From the NCBI GenBank assembly GCA_963828465.1, contig CAWHEU010000013.1:52889-116888 (forward strand): 64,000 nucleotides of DNA. Reading direction: 5' to 3'. The position numbers were made by a program, and so were the translations under genes. This stretch comes from an uncultured Acidobacteriota bacterium (GTDB taxonomy: Bacteria; Actinomycetota; Acidimicrobiia; Spongiisociales; ZC4RG35). Shown here piece by piece: positions 26,126-36,264 of the stretch. A model generated the notes under the pieces. It searched no databases. It saw nothing but the letters and a program-made list of their open reading frames with translations, and had not been told where the DNA came from. The number at the start of each line of letters is the position of its first letter. Within the stretch, counting starts at the first letter, position 1.

Positions 26126-27301
26126 TCAACCGGCCAGGAGATCGCCGATTCGCTCCATTCCTCTTTCGATCTCGGTCTCCCCGGTGGCATAGGAGAGTCG
26201 CAGGAATCCGGGCACCCCGAACGACTCGCCGGGGACCAACGCCACACCTGCCTCTTCGAGGATGACCGTGGCCAGGTCGGAAGTGGAGTCCCACCGACCC
26301 TTCATGGCCCCGGTCACGTCGGGGAAGACGTAGAACGCGCCCTGGGGCTCCACGCATCTGACACCCGGAATGTTGCTGACCAGGGAGAGCATGAGCTTGC
26401 GTCTGTTGTCGAATGCCTGACGCATCTCGTCCACCGTGTCCTGAGGTCCACGGAGGGCGGCCAGGGCGGCGTGTTGGGCGACATTGTCGACGTTGCCCGT
26501 TGCGTGGGACTGGTGGCTGTTGGCGGCATCGATGATGTCGGACGGGCCGACCATCCAGCCCACCCGCCATCCAGTCATGGAGTATGACTTGGCCACGCCG
26601 TTGATCAGCACCCAATTGTCGAAGCGAGGGGTCACGGCGGCTATCGACGGCGCGACGTCGGTGAAGTAGGTGAGACGCTGGTAGATCTCGTCGGCTATCA
26701 CCCAGATGTCGTTGGCCTTGGCCCACTCCCCGATGGCCCGTGCTTCTTCCTGCGTGTACACAGCCCCGGTCGGGTTGGAAGGCGAAACGAACACGAGCAG
26801 CCTCGTGCGATCTGTCCGCGCACGCTCGAGGCTCTCGACGTCCACCTTGAACTCGTCTTCGATCCTCGTCGGCACGGAGACAACGACTCCGCCGGCCAGG
26901 TCGATGCCCGCCGGGTAGGTGACCCAGTGGGGCGACGGGAGAAGGACCTCGTCGCCCGGGTCGAGAAGGGCCGCAAAGGCCTGGAAGACAGCCTGCTTGG
27001 CCCCGTTGGTGACCATCACCTCCGACCAGTCGACCTCGACTCCGGAGTATCGCCCGACGTCCTCGGCAATCGCTTCGCGCAGCGGCCGAAGACCCGCCGA
27101 CGCCGTGTACTTGTGGTTCTCCGGGTCGTAACAGGCACGGGCTGCGGCGGCCACGACATGCTCGGGCGTGGCGAAATCGGGCTCACCCGCACCGAAGCTG
27201 ATCACGTCGAGTCCCTCGGCGCGCAGCTCCCTGGCTCGTGCACTGATGCCGAGAGTGGCTGAGGGGGGAATGTTGCTGAGACGGTCTGAGGCGCGTTTCA
27301 T
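26126..27301 (-). CDS. Class I PLP aminotransferase (aspartate aminotransferase-like)
   Basis: GAGEPDFATP, NGAKQA, SPSNPTG, DEIY, KSYSMTGWRVG, GAFY. Confidence 0.93.
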   Translation of the reverse strand: MKRASDRLSNIPPSATLGISARARELRAEGLDVISFGAGEPDFATPEHVVAAAARACYDPENHKYTASAGLRPLREAIAEDVGRYSGVEVDWSEVMVTNGAKQAVFQAFAALLDPGDEVLLPSPHWVTYPAGIDLAGGVVVSVPTRIEDEFKVDVESLERARTDRTRLLVFVSPSNPTGAVYTQEEARAIGEWAKANDIWVIADEIYQRLTYFTDVAPSIAAVTPRFDNWVLINGVAKSYSMTGWRVGWMVGPSDIIDAANSHQSHATGNVDNVAQHAALAALRGPQDTVDEMRQAFDNRRKLMLSLVSNIPGVRCVEPQGAFYVFPDVTGAMKGRWDSTSDLATVILEEAGVALVPGESFGVPGFLRLSYATGETEIERGMERIGDLLAG

Positions 27302-27345
27302 CGTTCAGTATGGGTCACGGGATCTTGGTCGGGTGCGTGGCTCGG

Positions 27346-27669
27346 TCAGCCGTCCAACTCGTCCTTGACGTCGTCCACTGCCCCGTCGACGGCAGCAGCG
27401 GCCTCTCCGGCGGCGTCTTGGGCCGTATCAGCGGCCTCGGCTGCCATGTCCTGGGCATTCTCGACTGAATCCGATCCCGAGTCTTGGAGCTCCTCGACCT
27501 TGGTTCCGGCCGTGTCCGCGGCGTCTTGAGCGAAGTCCTTGGTCTTGTCGACATAGGGCTCGGCCTCGTCCACCAGCTCGGAGGCTTGACCCATGGTCTC
27601 GTCGGCGATGTCTGCGCCTTCTTCCTTGGCATTCCCGAACCATCCTTTGATGGTGTCCATAAGTCCCAT
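27346..27669 (-). CDS. Small acidic Ala/Asp/Glu-rich hydrophilic protein (LEA/stress-like)
   Basis: MGLMDTIKGWFG then repetitive AQDAA/AADTA; SD AAGGGA. Confidence 0.7.
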   Translation of the reverse strand: MGLMDTIKGWFGNAKEEGADIADETMGQASELVDEAEPYVDKTKDFAQDAADTAGTKVEELQDSGSDSVENAQDMAAEAADTAQDAAGEAAAAVDGAVDDVKDELDG

Positions 27670-27741
27670 CTCATGTCCCTTCTCGAGCTGGGGCGTCGCC
27701 AATCGTAGGTGACGGGAGCGAGGCGCCGGTTCGACGTCCGG

Positions 27742-29838
27742 CTATCTGACGAAGGCAGGATCTGATGGGTCGCCTTCGGCGAACCAGACCACGACATCGT
27801 TGTCACCGGGATGGAGGAGCTCAGGCGGGATCATCACCTCGTATCGGGCGGAACGCCCATCGGGCTCGAACACACGGGTCGCTGCTCTCACAACGCCGTC
27901 GACCGAGGCCACCAAGATCTCCTGGCCGGTCGCTTCCCTATCGAGGGTCACGCTTCCGGAGATGAACACCGGAAGGAGGTCCGCGTCAGTCGGGACGTCG
28001 TCCAGCAGATCCTGCTGTCGAACGCTCACCATGACGTCCTCTCTGTCGTCGGCACTATTGGCATCGGACAGGGGACGGCCCAGCCACTCCTCCCAACCAG
28101 GCGGGCTGAGTAACCAGGGGTTTCCTCCTGGGAACCAGCCTTCTTTGAGGGCGGAGGCGGCGAGCTTTTCCTCACCGCCGACTCCAATCGAGACCGGGCC
28201 TTCCCGTCCCACCATGACCGATTCGGTCCGCCCGGCGCGTTCCGGGTCGAGCAGCGAAAGCCCTTCCATGGTCCACGGGACCTCGGTCCGGGTCACATCG
28301 CTGATCGTGGGGAGTATGTCGACAGTCTCTGCTCTCACGTCGTCGATGGTCCCTGGCTCGACCCCCGCTTGTCCGGCGGGGTATTTCACGAACATCGGGA
28401 CTGCGGCAATGGTTCCGATCGTGTCCTCGGTGATCAAGCGCTGGTTTTCAACTCCGGGCCCGATGGTGATCCCGTGGTCGGCCACGACCATGACGAGGGC
28501 CTCGTCGTAGACCCCTTCTTGGCGCAGACGATCCGTCACCGACCCGACGACGGTGTCCGCATACTGGGCCTGGAGGATGTGCCGCTGGTAACCCTGTCCC
28601 ACGAGCCACCTGTCGTTGGTCCAACCCATCCCTTCACCTCCCGGTGAGCTGCCGGCGCCCGTCCGGTGGCCGTCGGCAGTCACCTCCCACGGGTGGTGGG
28701 GGTAGAGGAAGTGACCGAAGCGGAGAGCGGGCTCTGCCCCATCGAACTGGAAGGTGTCGAGGAGTCGATCGACCTCGAGTCTCCGATCGTCGTCGACGTT
28801 GGCCAGGAAGCGGTCGATGATGTCGAAGTCCGAGCTCTCGCCGGTGGTGAAATTGCCCCACGTCTGGTCGATCGGCGGCAGATCATCTGATACCTCGCGC
28901 GGTGTCGTGAGATGCCCGTATACCACGGCGATATCGACGCCGAGGCCCGTCCATCGCTCGAGCCATGGGGCGATCCGTCTGCTCGAGTTGCTGCAAGCGA
29001 AGTCCGGGCAGAGGTTGGTGACGGTCTCCACCGCTGCGATGTCGTAGGCGTCCGAGAACAGGGTGAAAAGGTTGAGCGGATGGTCCGAGGAGATGGGAAT
29101 GCTCCCTTCGTCGGCCCCGACGCCGCTGAGAATGCTGGGCAGGGCTTCTTCGGTCTGCTGCCGGACCCCGACGGCGTTCCGGTACCAAATGCCGTCACCG
29201 GCCAACTCTGCGAGGTTGGGGAACAGGTCGCCCAGGAGGTTGCCCTGCGAATCGATCAACGTGGCAACCGGAAACTCGTCCAACACCAGCAGCACGATGG
29301 GCACCGGGTTCTGGATCTCACCGGTCTCGGGCAGGTCGCCGGATCGGGCCAACGCCACATCGCCGGATGGGGTCATGAAGAGGAACCAGGCGGCAAAGAT
29401 GGGTACGGCCCAGGCGGCGTAGACGGTCCCGGTCTGCACGACCGGGAAGGCGAGGAACACACAGCCGAAGACGATCCCGGCGCCGGCGACTGTCGCCCCG
29501 AAGATAAGCGTGGACGTGTCGCTCCCGAACAAGGCGACCCAGGCATTGGCGACGAAGAGGGAGAAAAGCGCCCCGATGACGATGGCGTGCCCTATGCCCG
29601 CCGTCCGGGGCCCGATCCAGCGAAGCGCCAGGACGGGGAGCGACAGCAGCGCGGGCAAGATGAGCAGCAGGGCCGGGAACAGGATGACATCGATCGCGGT
29701 GAAGCCACGGGCGATGAAGAACTCCGGATTTCTCCCGAGGAGGTCGAGCACGGGCTGAGCCAGGGCAAACGCACCCACCGCCGCCAGGGACAATGGCACC
29801 GTCAACCAGGGCGACGAGCCCAGCTGCCCCGGCTTCAT
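27742..29838 (-). CDS. Membrane-anchored sulfatase/alkaline-phosphatase-fold protein (LtaS/EptA-like architecture)
   Basis: 5 N-terminal TMs; VLDEFP, QTEEALPSIL, PHHPW, VADHG, TVDILPTI; ATGA overlap with the upstream gene. Confidence 0.8.
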   Translation of the reverse strand: MKPGQLGSSPWLTVPLSLAAVGAFALAQPVLDLLGRNPEFFIARGFTAIDVILFPALLLILPALLSLPVLALRWIGPRTAGIGHAIVIGALFSLFVANAWVALFGSDTSTLIFGATVAGAGIVFGCVFLAFPVVQTGTVYAAWAVPIFAAWFLFMTPSGDVALARSGDLPETGEIQNPVPIVLLVLDEFPVATLIDSQGNLLGDLFPNLAELAGDGIWYRNAVGVRQQTEEALPSILSGVGADEGSIPISSDHPLNLFTLFSDAYDIAAVETVTNLCPDFACSNSSRRIAPWLERWTGLGVDIAVVYGHLTTPREVSDDLPPIDQTWGNFTTGESSDFDIIDRFLANVDDDRRLEVDRLLDTFQFDGAEPALRFGHFLYPHHPWEVTADGHRTGAGSSPGGEGMGWTNDRWLVGQGYQRHILQAQYADTVVGSVTDRLRQEGVYDEALVMVVADHGITIGPGVENQRLITEDTIGTIAAVPMFVKYPAGQAGVEPGTIDDVRAETVDILPTISDVTRTEVPWTMEGLSLLDPERAGRTESVMVGREGPVSIGVGGEEKLAASALKEGWFPGGNPWLLSPPGWEEWLGRPLSDANSADDREDVMVSVRQQDLLDDVPTDADLLPVFISGSVTLDREATGQEILVASVDGVVRAATRVFEPDGRSARYEVMIPPELLHPGDNDVVVWFAEGDPSDPAFVR

Positions 29839-31193
29839 CGCGGCTCGAGTGCGAAAAGAATCCTCGTACCCGAGGAGAGACCGATCTCGTCGACGGTGAC
29901 GAAGGACCCGTCGAGTATCCCCCGGAACTCCGACTCCTCGCCTCCGGGGTGAAGCTCGTGAGGGAGTTTGTTGCCGACGAGCTTGATCACCATCTCGTCC
30001 GAAGGGGACACGAACTCGACGACAACGGGACACCGGAACGATGCCAGCCATCGCACGACCTCACGGGGAGGGATGCTCGCTCCGTAGATCAGATGATGGA
30101 TCACCCCGTAGGCGATGATCAGGTCGGGACGGGCGCGCTCCATCAAGGAGCCTCTCTCCTGCCCCGCCCAACCCTGGGAAGGTGACGGGTTGGCAAGGTC
30201 GGTGAGGGCGACGGCGATCCCCGTGCCGGCACTGCCCCGATACACCTCGTCGAGCACGGGCTCATAGCTGTCGATGGCGATCGCCAGTGCTCCATTCTCG
30301 GCGGCTATACGGGAGAAATGGCCGTCGTTCGCCCCCAGGTCCACCACCCGCCCCGGAACGAACTTCTTCAGCGCCGAATCGAGGAAATCGCTCTTCGCCG
30401 TCCGGTCACGGGTGACGTGGCTGCACTCGACGTAGGTGGACCATCCCTCCTCGCCCTCGTCCACCGTGAGGGACTCGACCAACGACCGCAGCTTTTTCAC
30501 ATTGGCCAGGATCAGATCGGCGGTGAATCCGGCCTCGCTCAACTCCTGACGCACGGAGCGATCGGCCATCCTCGACTCCATGCGGGCCTGGAGCCGGACA
30601 TGGAGCAGGGCACTGGTGTTGAAGCGCTTCCTCCCTGCGAGGAGCTTCGACATCTGGTCGGGCGTGGGTCCCTCCAGATCCCCGCGGAGCCAGGGCTGGA
30701 AGGGGACGCCGACCCAGGCCCGAAGCATCAGCGGGAACAGGAACTGACGGGTGAACTGTCGATAGCCGATCCAGGGCTCGCCTTGGCGATAAGTCTCGAA
30801 CGAGCCGATATCGATGAACACCGGCCGCCCATCGACGAACTGGATGTTGTACGGCGTGGCGTCCTTGATCGTGAGTCCCGCCGAAAGCGCTCCCTCGAGC
30901 AGGTCGAGCTGGAGCAAAGCGGCATCCCGCAGCATCGAGAAGGTCCACTCGTAGGGATAGGTGATCAGATCGAGTCGTGGGTGCCTCAATGCACCGGCGC
31001 TGCCGTCAGGTGGATCGATCTCCACTGAATCGATGAGCCGGCCGTCGGCCACCGCATTGCGAAAGAAATCCGTCGCGGAGAGGGCGCGCCACCCCTCGAG
31101 CCCTCGCTCGTCGAGGAGACGCATCACTCTGTCGCCGTCGATGACGACGCGGGAGGCCGGGTCTCGGAACGACCCGGGGTCGGGCGTGCTCAT
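29835..31193 (-). CDS. NoeA-like protein: kinase-like N-domain plus class I SAM methyltransferase
   Basis: GSFRDP, TYPYEWTFSMLRDAA, KDATPYNIQF, FIDIGSF, VDLGANDGHFS, IHHL. Confidence 0.85.
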   Translation of the reverse strand: MSTPDPGSFRDPASRVVIDGDRVMRLLDERGLEGWRALSATDFFRNAVADGRLIDSVEIDPPDGSAGALRHPRLDLITYPYEWTFSMLRDAALLQLDLLEGALSAGLTIKDATPYNIQFVDGRPVFIDIGSFETYRQGEPWIGYRQFTRQFLFPLMLRAWVGVPFQPWLRGDLEGPTPDQMSKLLAGRKRFNTSALLHVRLQARMESRMADRSVRQELSEAGFTADLILANVKKLRSLVESLTVDEGEEGWSTYVECSHVTRDRTAKSDFLDSALKKFVPGRVVDLGANDGHFSRIAAENGALAIAIDSYEPVLDEVYRGSAGTGIAVALTDLANPSPSQGWAGQERGSLMERARPDLIIAYGVIHHLIYGASIPPREVVRWLASFRCPVVVEFVSPSDEMVIKLVGNKLPHELHPGGEESEFRGILDGSFVTVDEIGLSSGTRILFALEPR

Positions 31194-31202
31194 GGAGAGA
31201 TG

Positions 31203-31394
31203 TCAGGACTCGGCGGGAAGCGCCGCGTCTCCAGCGTTCTCCTCGTCACCGTCGTGCTCGGAATCAGGGTCGACCTTGCCGAGGCCGCGTCTGGCGCGGT
31301 AGGCCTTGTAGGCGACACCGATGCCTGTGAGTCCCCCGATGACAGCCTGCAGGATCAGGCTGCCTGAGCCCGGGTCCAGATAACCAAAGATCAT
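31203..31394 (-). CDS. Small membrane protein with YLDPGSGS motif
   Basis: 63 aa, YLDPGSGSLILQAVIGG + TM + basic patch; SD AGGAG. Confidence 0.8.
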   Translation of the reverse strand: MIFGYLDPGSGSLILQAVIGGLTGIGVAYKAYRARRGLGKVDPDSEHDGDEENAGDAALPAES

Positions 31395-31535
31395 TCTTCA
31401 ACTCCTATGAGGGCACAGGTTGCCTGTGCCGGGCCATTGTTATCTAGATCGGGAATCAAGCAAACCAATCTGACACGTCCGGTTAACCCGGATGTCGTGA
31501 TCCGTTCCCGATAGGGCGCGGTATCGGCGTCCCGC

Positions 31536-31880
31536 TCAAACGTCCCGCAACCTCCGCAGCTCATCTCTCTCCTCGCGCCGCCGCCGCCGTCGCTTGCGAT
31601 AGCTGACACCGATGAGCTCGGTCAGCAGGATCACGACGCCGACGGTAATCAGGATCACGATGGCCAGCGGGTGCTCTCCTTCCATCCAGAGGAACCTGAC
31701 CGGCACCGGATCGGTGTTCTGGACGGCGAAGACGATGATCAAGGCGATCCCGGCGAAGGCGAAGATGGCCCCCCACGCGATCCCCGTGGGTTCCGGGCTG
31801 CGAGTCGGCGCCTCGACTGCGTCGGGCTCCGCAGGAGGCTCTTCCTCGGCCCGGAACGGGTCCTGATGCTCGTCGGTCAT
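31536..31880 (-). CDS. LapA/DUF1049 family membrane protein
   Basis: IVFAVQNTDPVPVRFLW, PLAIVIL, Arg-rich tail. Confidence 0.85.
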   Translation of the reverse strand: MTDEHQDPFRAEEEPPAEPDAVEAPTRSPEPTGIAWGAIFAFAGIALIIVFAVQNTDPVPVRFLWMEGEHPLAIVILITVGVVILLTELIGVSYRKRRRRRREERDELRRLRDV

Positions 31881-31891
31881 CCGGGTCGATC

Positions 31892-33235
31892 CTATGTCAT
31901 GGCCGCCGGGGTTCGTAGCGCAGCCCGATTGCGTCGACCCTCTTCGATGTCGACCGACCTGAACAGGATGCCGCCCGCAATGAAGAAGAAGGCGATCGAG
32001 AGAATCGCCAGTCGGGCCGAGCCGGTCACCTGGCGGACGAAGGCGAACATCCAGGGCCCCCAGATCGCGCTGAACTTGGAGAACACCGAGTAGAAGCCAT
32101 AGAACTCCGCTGATTGATCCTCGGGGATCATCGATCCGTACAGACTCCTCGACAACGCCTGGGTGCCGCCGAGGACGAAGCCGATCACCGCAGCGAGGGC
32201 AAGGAAGGGCGCTGCCTCGCCGGTCGGAAGGAAGAAGGCGGCAAGGGTCACCGCCGACCAGACCGCGATGCTGGCCAGGAGTGCGGGCTTGGTGCCGACC
32301 CTGTCGGCGAGACGACCGAAGCCGATCGCGCCGAAGAAGGCGATGAACTGCACGAGGAGCACTCCGACGATCACGATCGTGATGCCCAGATCCAAGGTCT
32401 CGGTGGCGTAGATCGCCGCAAGGGCGATCGTGGTCTGCACCCCGTCGTTGAACAGCATGAAGGCGATGATGAACACGAGCAGTGGCCGGTTGTGGACCAC
32501 CTTCTTCAGCGTGGCAAACGTCCGGCTGAACCCGAACCGCGTGTATGCCCTCCAGGTCGGCGTGACAGCACCGGGGAGCTCCTGGGCGATACCCACCCGG
32601 GGCAGGTTCTTGAATGCCGCCACCCCGAATCCCAGCCACCAGAGCCCGGCCGAACCGATGGCGATCCTGGTGGCCAGGGCGGTGTCGATCGGGATGAGGC
32701 CGTCGCTGAGCTGGATCAGCGCCAGGGAGAGAAGGAGATGGAGCCCACCACCGAGGTACCCCCAGGCGAACCCCCTCGAGCTGACCATGTCGATGGTGTC
32801 GTCGGTGGTGAGGTCGGGGAGAAAGGCGTCGTAGAAGACGTTGGCCCCGACGAACCCGAGGTGAGCGAGGAGGAAGAGGCCGAGTGTGAGCAGCACGTCG
32901 CCGGTGGCGGCAAAGAACAGGAGTGAGGTGAAGATGGCCCCCCACGTGGCGAACACCACGAGAAAGCGCCGTTTCGACCCCGAGAAATCCGCGATCGCCC
33001 CGAGTACCGGTGTCGCCAGGAACATGATCAGGGGCCCGGCACCGACGGCGAGGGCCCATAGGTCCTGACCGGTCCAATTGCGACCGATGAGGTCGACGCC
33101 GCCGTCGCCCACGACCTCGGCGGCGAAGTAGGCGGGGAGCACGGCGGCCAGGATCGTCGTGGCATAGGCCGAGTTGGCCCAGTCATATGTGATCCAGGCC
33201 CGGATGCTGCCCGGATCGTTCTGATGCTCGGCCAC
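31892..33235 (-). CDS. MFS transporter, UMF1/ATG22-like
   Basis: AWITYDWANSAY, FYDAFLP, SSRGFAWGY.GG, NDGVQT, QALSRSLY, EFYGFY. Confidence 0.92.
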   Translation of the reverse strand: MAEHQNDPGSIRAWITYDWANSAYATTILAAVLPAYFAAEVVGDGGVDLIGRNWTGQDLWALAVGAGPLIMFLATPVLGAIADFSGSKRRFLVVFATWGAIFTSLLFFAATGDVLLTLGLFLLAHLGFVGANVFYDAFLPDLTTDDTIDMVSSRGFAWGYLGGGLHLLLSLALIQLSDGLIPIDTALATRIAIGSAGLWWLGFGVAAFKNLPRVGIAQELPGAVTPTWRAYTRFGFSRTFATLKKVVHNRPLLVFIIAFMLFNDGVQTTIALAAIYATETLDLGITIVIVGVLLVQFIAFFGAIGFGRLADRVGTKPALLASIAVWSAVTLAAFFLPTGEAAPFLALAAVIGFVLGGTQALSRSLYGSMIPEDQSAEFYGFYSVFSKFSAIWGPWMFAFVRQVTGSARLAILSIAFFFIAGGILFRSVDIEEGRRNRAALRTPAAMT

Positions 33236-33267
33236 GATTTGCGGAACATATACCTAGCGTGTCCAGC

Positions 33268-34478
33268 ATGCGCCGCCTTCTCATCCCCGTTCTATGTCTC
33301 GTGGCCGCATGCACCGCGGAGTCCGAGCCGGAGCCGGAGCCGACCACTTCGACCATCCCGGCCGTCACGACGTCGACGAGTGCCGAAACCACCATTCCTG
33401 AGACCACGTCCACGTCCGCTCCGGCAGAAGTGCCACTACGAGTGCCCCGGCTACCACCTCCACGCTCGCCCTGGACGAGACGGTTCTGGCCTACCAGCCC
33501 GTGGCAGATCTCAACTTCCCGGTTCAGCTCACCTCCCGGGCCGGAGAGGCGCATTCCTACGTCATAACGAAGGACGGGCGCGTCTGGCTCTACGACGGGA
33601 GTGCCATCGCAGAGGCGCCTGTGCTCGACATCCTGGAAAGAGTCCGCAACGACGGGGAGCAGGGTTTGCTCTCGATGGCGCTTCACCCGACGGATCCGGC
33701 TCGGTTCTATCTCCACTATTCGGATACTTCGGGTGACACCGTTGTCTCCGAGTTCACTTTCACCAGCCCGGAGCAGGCAGACCCGGCCAGCGAACGTGTG
33801 CTGCTCGAGGTCGACCAGCCCGCAGGCAATCACAACGGCGGGATGATCCAGTTCGCCCCCGATGGCTCCCTGATCCTCGGTCTCGGCGACGGCGGCGGTG
33901 CGGGGGATAGTTTCCAAAACGGCCAGAATCCGGACACACTTCTCGGCGGATTGGTGAGCATTGGCGTCGAGGGTGCCGACCCGAACCCGACCAAGTACGC
34001 GATGGGACTGCGCAACCCGTGGAGGTTCTGGATCGAGGGAGAGACGATCTACATCGCCGATGTCGGCCAGAACACGTACGAGGAGGTCTCGATCGTTCCA
34101 CTGCAGCCGGACCACAACTTCGGATGGCCCATTCTCGAAGGAATGAATTGCTTCAGCTCATCCGACTGTGATGGGACCGGGATGGTGACGCCCGTCCTCG
34201 AGGTCGAGCACGGCGACGCCGGCACTTGCTCCATCACAGGTGGGCCCGTCTACGGCGGAGCGTCCCTTCCCCAGTTGGTCGGTCACTACTTCTACTCCGA
34301 CTATTGCGGCGGGTATCTGCGCAGCTTTCTCTTCGCAGATGGTGCCGCCTCCGAGCTTCGGGACTGGACCGAGCAGGTCGGCATGCCCGGGCAGGTGACC
34401 GGTTTCGGCGTCGACGGGGCGGGCGAGATGTATGTCACCACGACCAACCAGCTGTTGAAGGTGGTTGCCGGCGGCTGA
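33268..34478 (+). CDS. PQQ-dependent glucose/sorbosone dehydrogenase family lipoprotein; frameshift near 33429
   Basis: Lipobox VAAC; GEQGLL, HP, NHNGG..QF.PDG, GDGG, GLRNPWR, ADVGQ, EEV, NFGWP, SITGG. One missing A in GCAGAA(A)GT. Confidence 0.88.
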
Positions 34479-34503
34479 ACCCGGGGCCGATATTCTCGGC
34501 GCG

Positions 34504-34926
34504 ATGCCGACACTGTTCACCCGCATCATCGAGGGAGAGATACCCGGCACATTCGTGTGGCGGGATGATCTATGTGTTGCGTTTCTGTCTATCAACCCCT
34601 TGCGGCGAGGGCACACCCTCGTCGTGCCGAAGCTGGAGATCGACCATTGGATCGATTGTCCGCCAGAGCTGTCGAATCACCTGTTCACCGTCGCCGGTCA
34701 CATCGGCAAGGCACTACAGAACGTCTTTCAGCCGACAAGGGTCGGTCTGATGATTGCCGGTCTGGAGGTTCCACACATGCACATCCACGTGGTCCCGATG
34801 GATGGCATGCACGACCTGGATTTCTCCAATGCGGCCGCCTCGGTCGAGCGTGAGGATCTCGACGAGGCCGCCGGCGCGATTCGCAATGAGCTCGAGGTCA
34901 TGGGTCTGCCCGGGGCCAACAGCTAG
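34504..34926 (+). CDS. HIT family protein
   Basis: LFTRIIEGEIP, GHTLVVPK, VPHMHIHVVP. Confidence 0.95.
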   Translation: MPTLFTRIIEGEIPGTFVWRDDLCVAFLSINPLRRGHTLVVPKLEIDHWIDCPPELSNHLFTVAGHIGKALQNVFQPTRVGLMIAGLEVPHMHIHVVPMDGMHDLDFSNAAASVEREDLDEAAGAIRNELEVMGLPGANS

Positions 34927-35757
34927 GTGGAGGTAATCCTCGGGGGCATCAGCTCCCTCCTCTACGGAGTCGCCGACTTCCTGGGTGGAGAGGGAGCCAA
35001 GCGCGCTCCGGCCGCGGCCATCGTCCTCTGGGCGGGAGTGATCAGCTTCCCGATGATCCTCGTGGTCGCTTTGGTCGTAGGTGGCGACACGGGGCCTGTC
35101 GACCTCCTGCTCGGGGCAGCAGCCGGGATCGCCGGCGCCATAGGTCTCGTGTCCTTGTTCGCCGGGCTCAGTCGGGGCAACGCCGCTGCCGTCGCCCCAA
35201 CAGCTGCCGCCGTGGCCGCGGTGCTACCGGTGATAGTGGCGGTCGTAGGTGGCGAGCGTCCCAGCACCCTCGCCTGGGTTGGGGTGGCGGTCGCGGTCCC
35301 GGCGATCGTTCTCAGCTCATGGGTGGCGGACCCGGGCGAGACACCACGGGGCCGATTCGGATATGGGCTGGCCGCCGGGCTCGGGTTCGGTGGCTTCACC
35401 TCGATCATCGGGTTCACCGATCCAGAGTCGAATCTGCTCCCGCTCATCACGTCGCGAGCGGCGACCATGCTGGCGGTTCTGGCGCTGACTGGCCTCGGCG
35501 TCTGGAAGCTCGTCGGATTTGGCTCGGTGCCCCGGCGCTTGGTCCTGGGGAATGCCGTCCTCGACGTGAGCGGCAACGTAGCCCTCCTGCTCGCCGTGCG
35601 GGCCGGCTCGCTCGCCCTGGCCGCGGTCGCCGCTTCCTTCTACCCGGCCGTCACCGTGCTGCTCGCCCGGCTGGTGAACGCCGAGCACCTCCGCTCACGG
35701 CAGATCGTGGGCCTTGTTCTCACAATCGTGGCCATGGCTGCGATCGCCTTTGGCTGA
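34927..35757 (+). CDS. EamA/DMT transporter
   Basis: YGVADFLGG, 10 TMs, SFYPAVTVLLA...EHL...Q. Confidence 0.88.
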   Translation: MEVILGGISSLLYGVADFLGGEGAKRAPAAAIVLWAGVISFPMILVVALVVGGDTGPVDLLLGAAAGIAGAIGLVSLFAGLSRGNAAAVAPTAAAVAAVLPVIVAVVGGERPSTLAWVGVAVAVPAIVLSSWVADPGETPRGRFGYGLAAGLGFGGFTSIIGFTDPESNLLPLITSRAATMLAVLALTGLGVWKLVGFGSVPRRLVLGNAVLDVSGNVALLLAVRAGSLALAAVAASFYPAVTVLLARLVNAEHLRSRQIVGLVLTIVAMAAIAFG

Positions 35758-35763
35758 GCACGA

Positions 35764-36198
35764 TCAGCCGCGGACCACCAGCCAGGTCCCCCCGATGACG
35801 AGAGCAACGCCGACAACACGCATCGCGTCCAGAGAGCGCCCGTCCCCGAACCAGCCGAAATGCTCGATCAGGGCGCCGAGAATGAGTGTGGCCGCGGTAA
35901 ACAAAGTCAGTCCGGCTCCGAGACCCAGATTGGCCACGCTGACCCCCAACGAGGCCACGACTACGAGCCCCATGAGACCAGCCCCGAACACCCACCACGG
36001 CAGTTCCCTCAACTCCGATAACCGGTTCCCCTGAAAGACCACCATCAGGATGGTCACGGCCAATCCGCCCCCGGCATAGGTGACGAAGGTCGAGGCGAGC
36101 GTCCCCACTCTCTCCTCCATCACACCGAGGAATTGTGACTGGAGGGCCCCGGCCAAGCCTCCGAGGACTGCGATCAGCACCACGACTATGAGTGTCAT
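35764..36198 (-). CDS. DMT family (YdcZ/DUF606-like) membrane protein
   Basis: 144 aa; LQ, PWW..GAG.MG, IEHFGWFG, RVVG. Confidence 0.85.
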   Translation of the reverse strand: MTLIVVVLIAVLGGLAGALQSQFLGVMEERVGTLASTFVTYAGGGLAVTILMVVFQGNRLSELRELPWWVFGAGLMGLVVVASLGVSVANLGLGAGLTLFTAATLILGALIEHFGWFGDGRSLDAMRVVGVALVIGGTWLVVRG

Positions 36199-36264
36199 CT
36201 CACCCGCCAGGATGGTCGCTTCCGGTCCGGTGGAGGCGGATCTGCCCGAACCTACGATGGGGTC

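Noticed and set aside
29835-31193. Nodulation function of the NoeA-like gene
   Set aside because: No nod genes are present; the name reflects family membership only.
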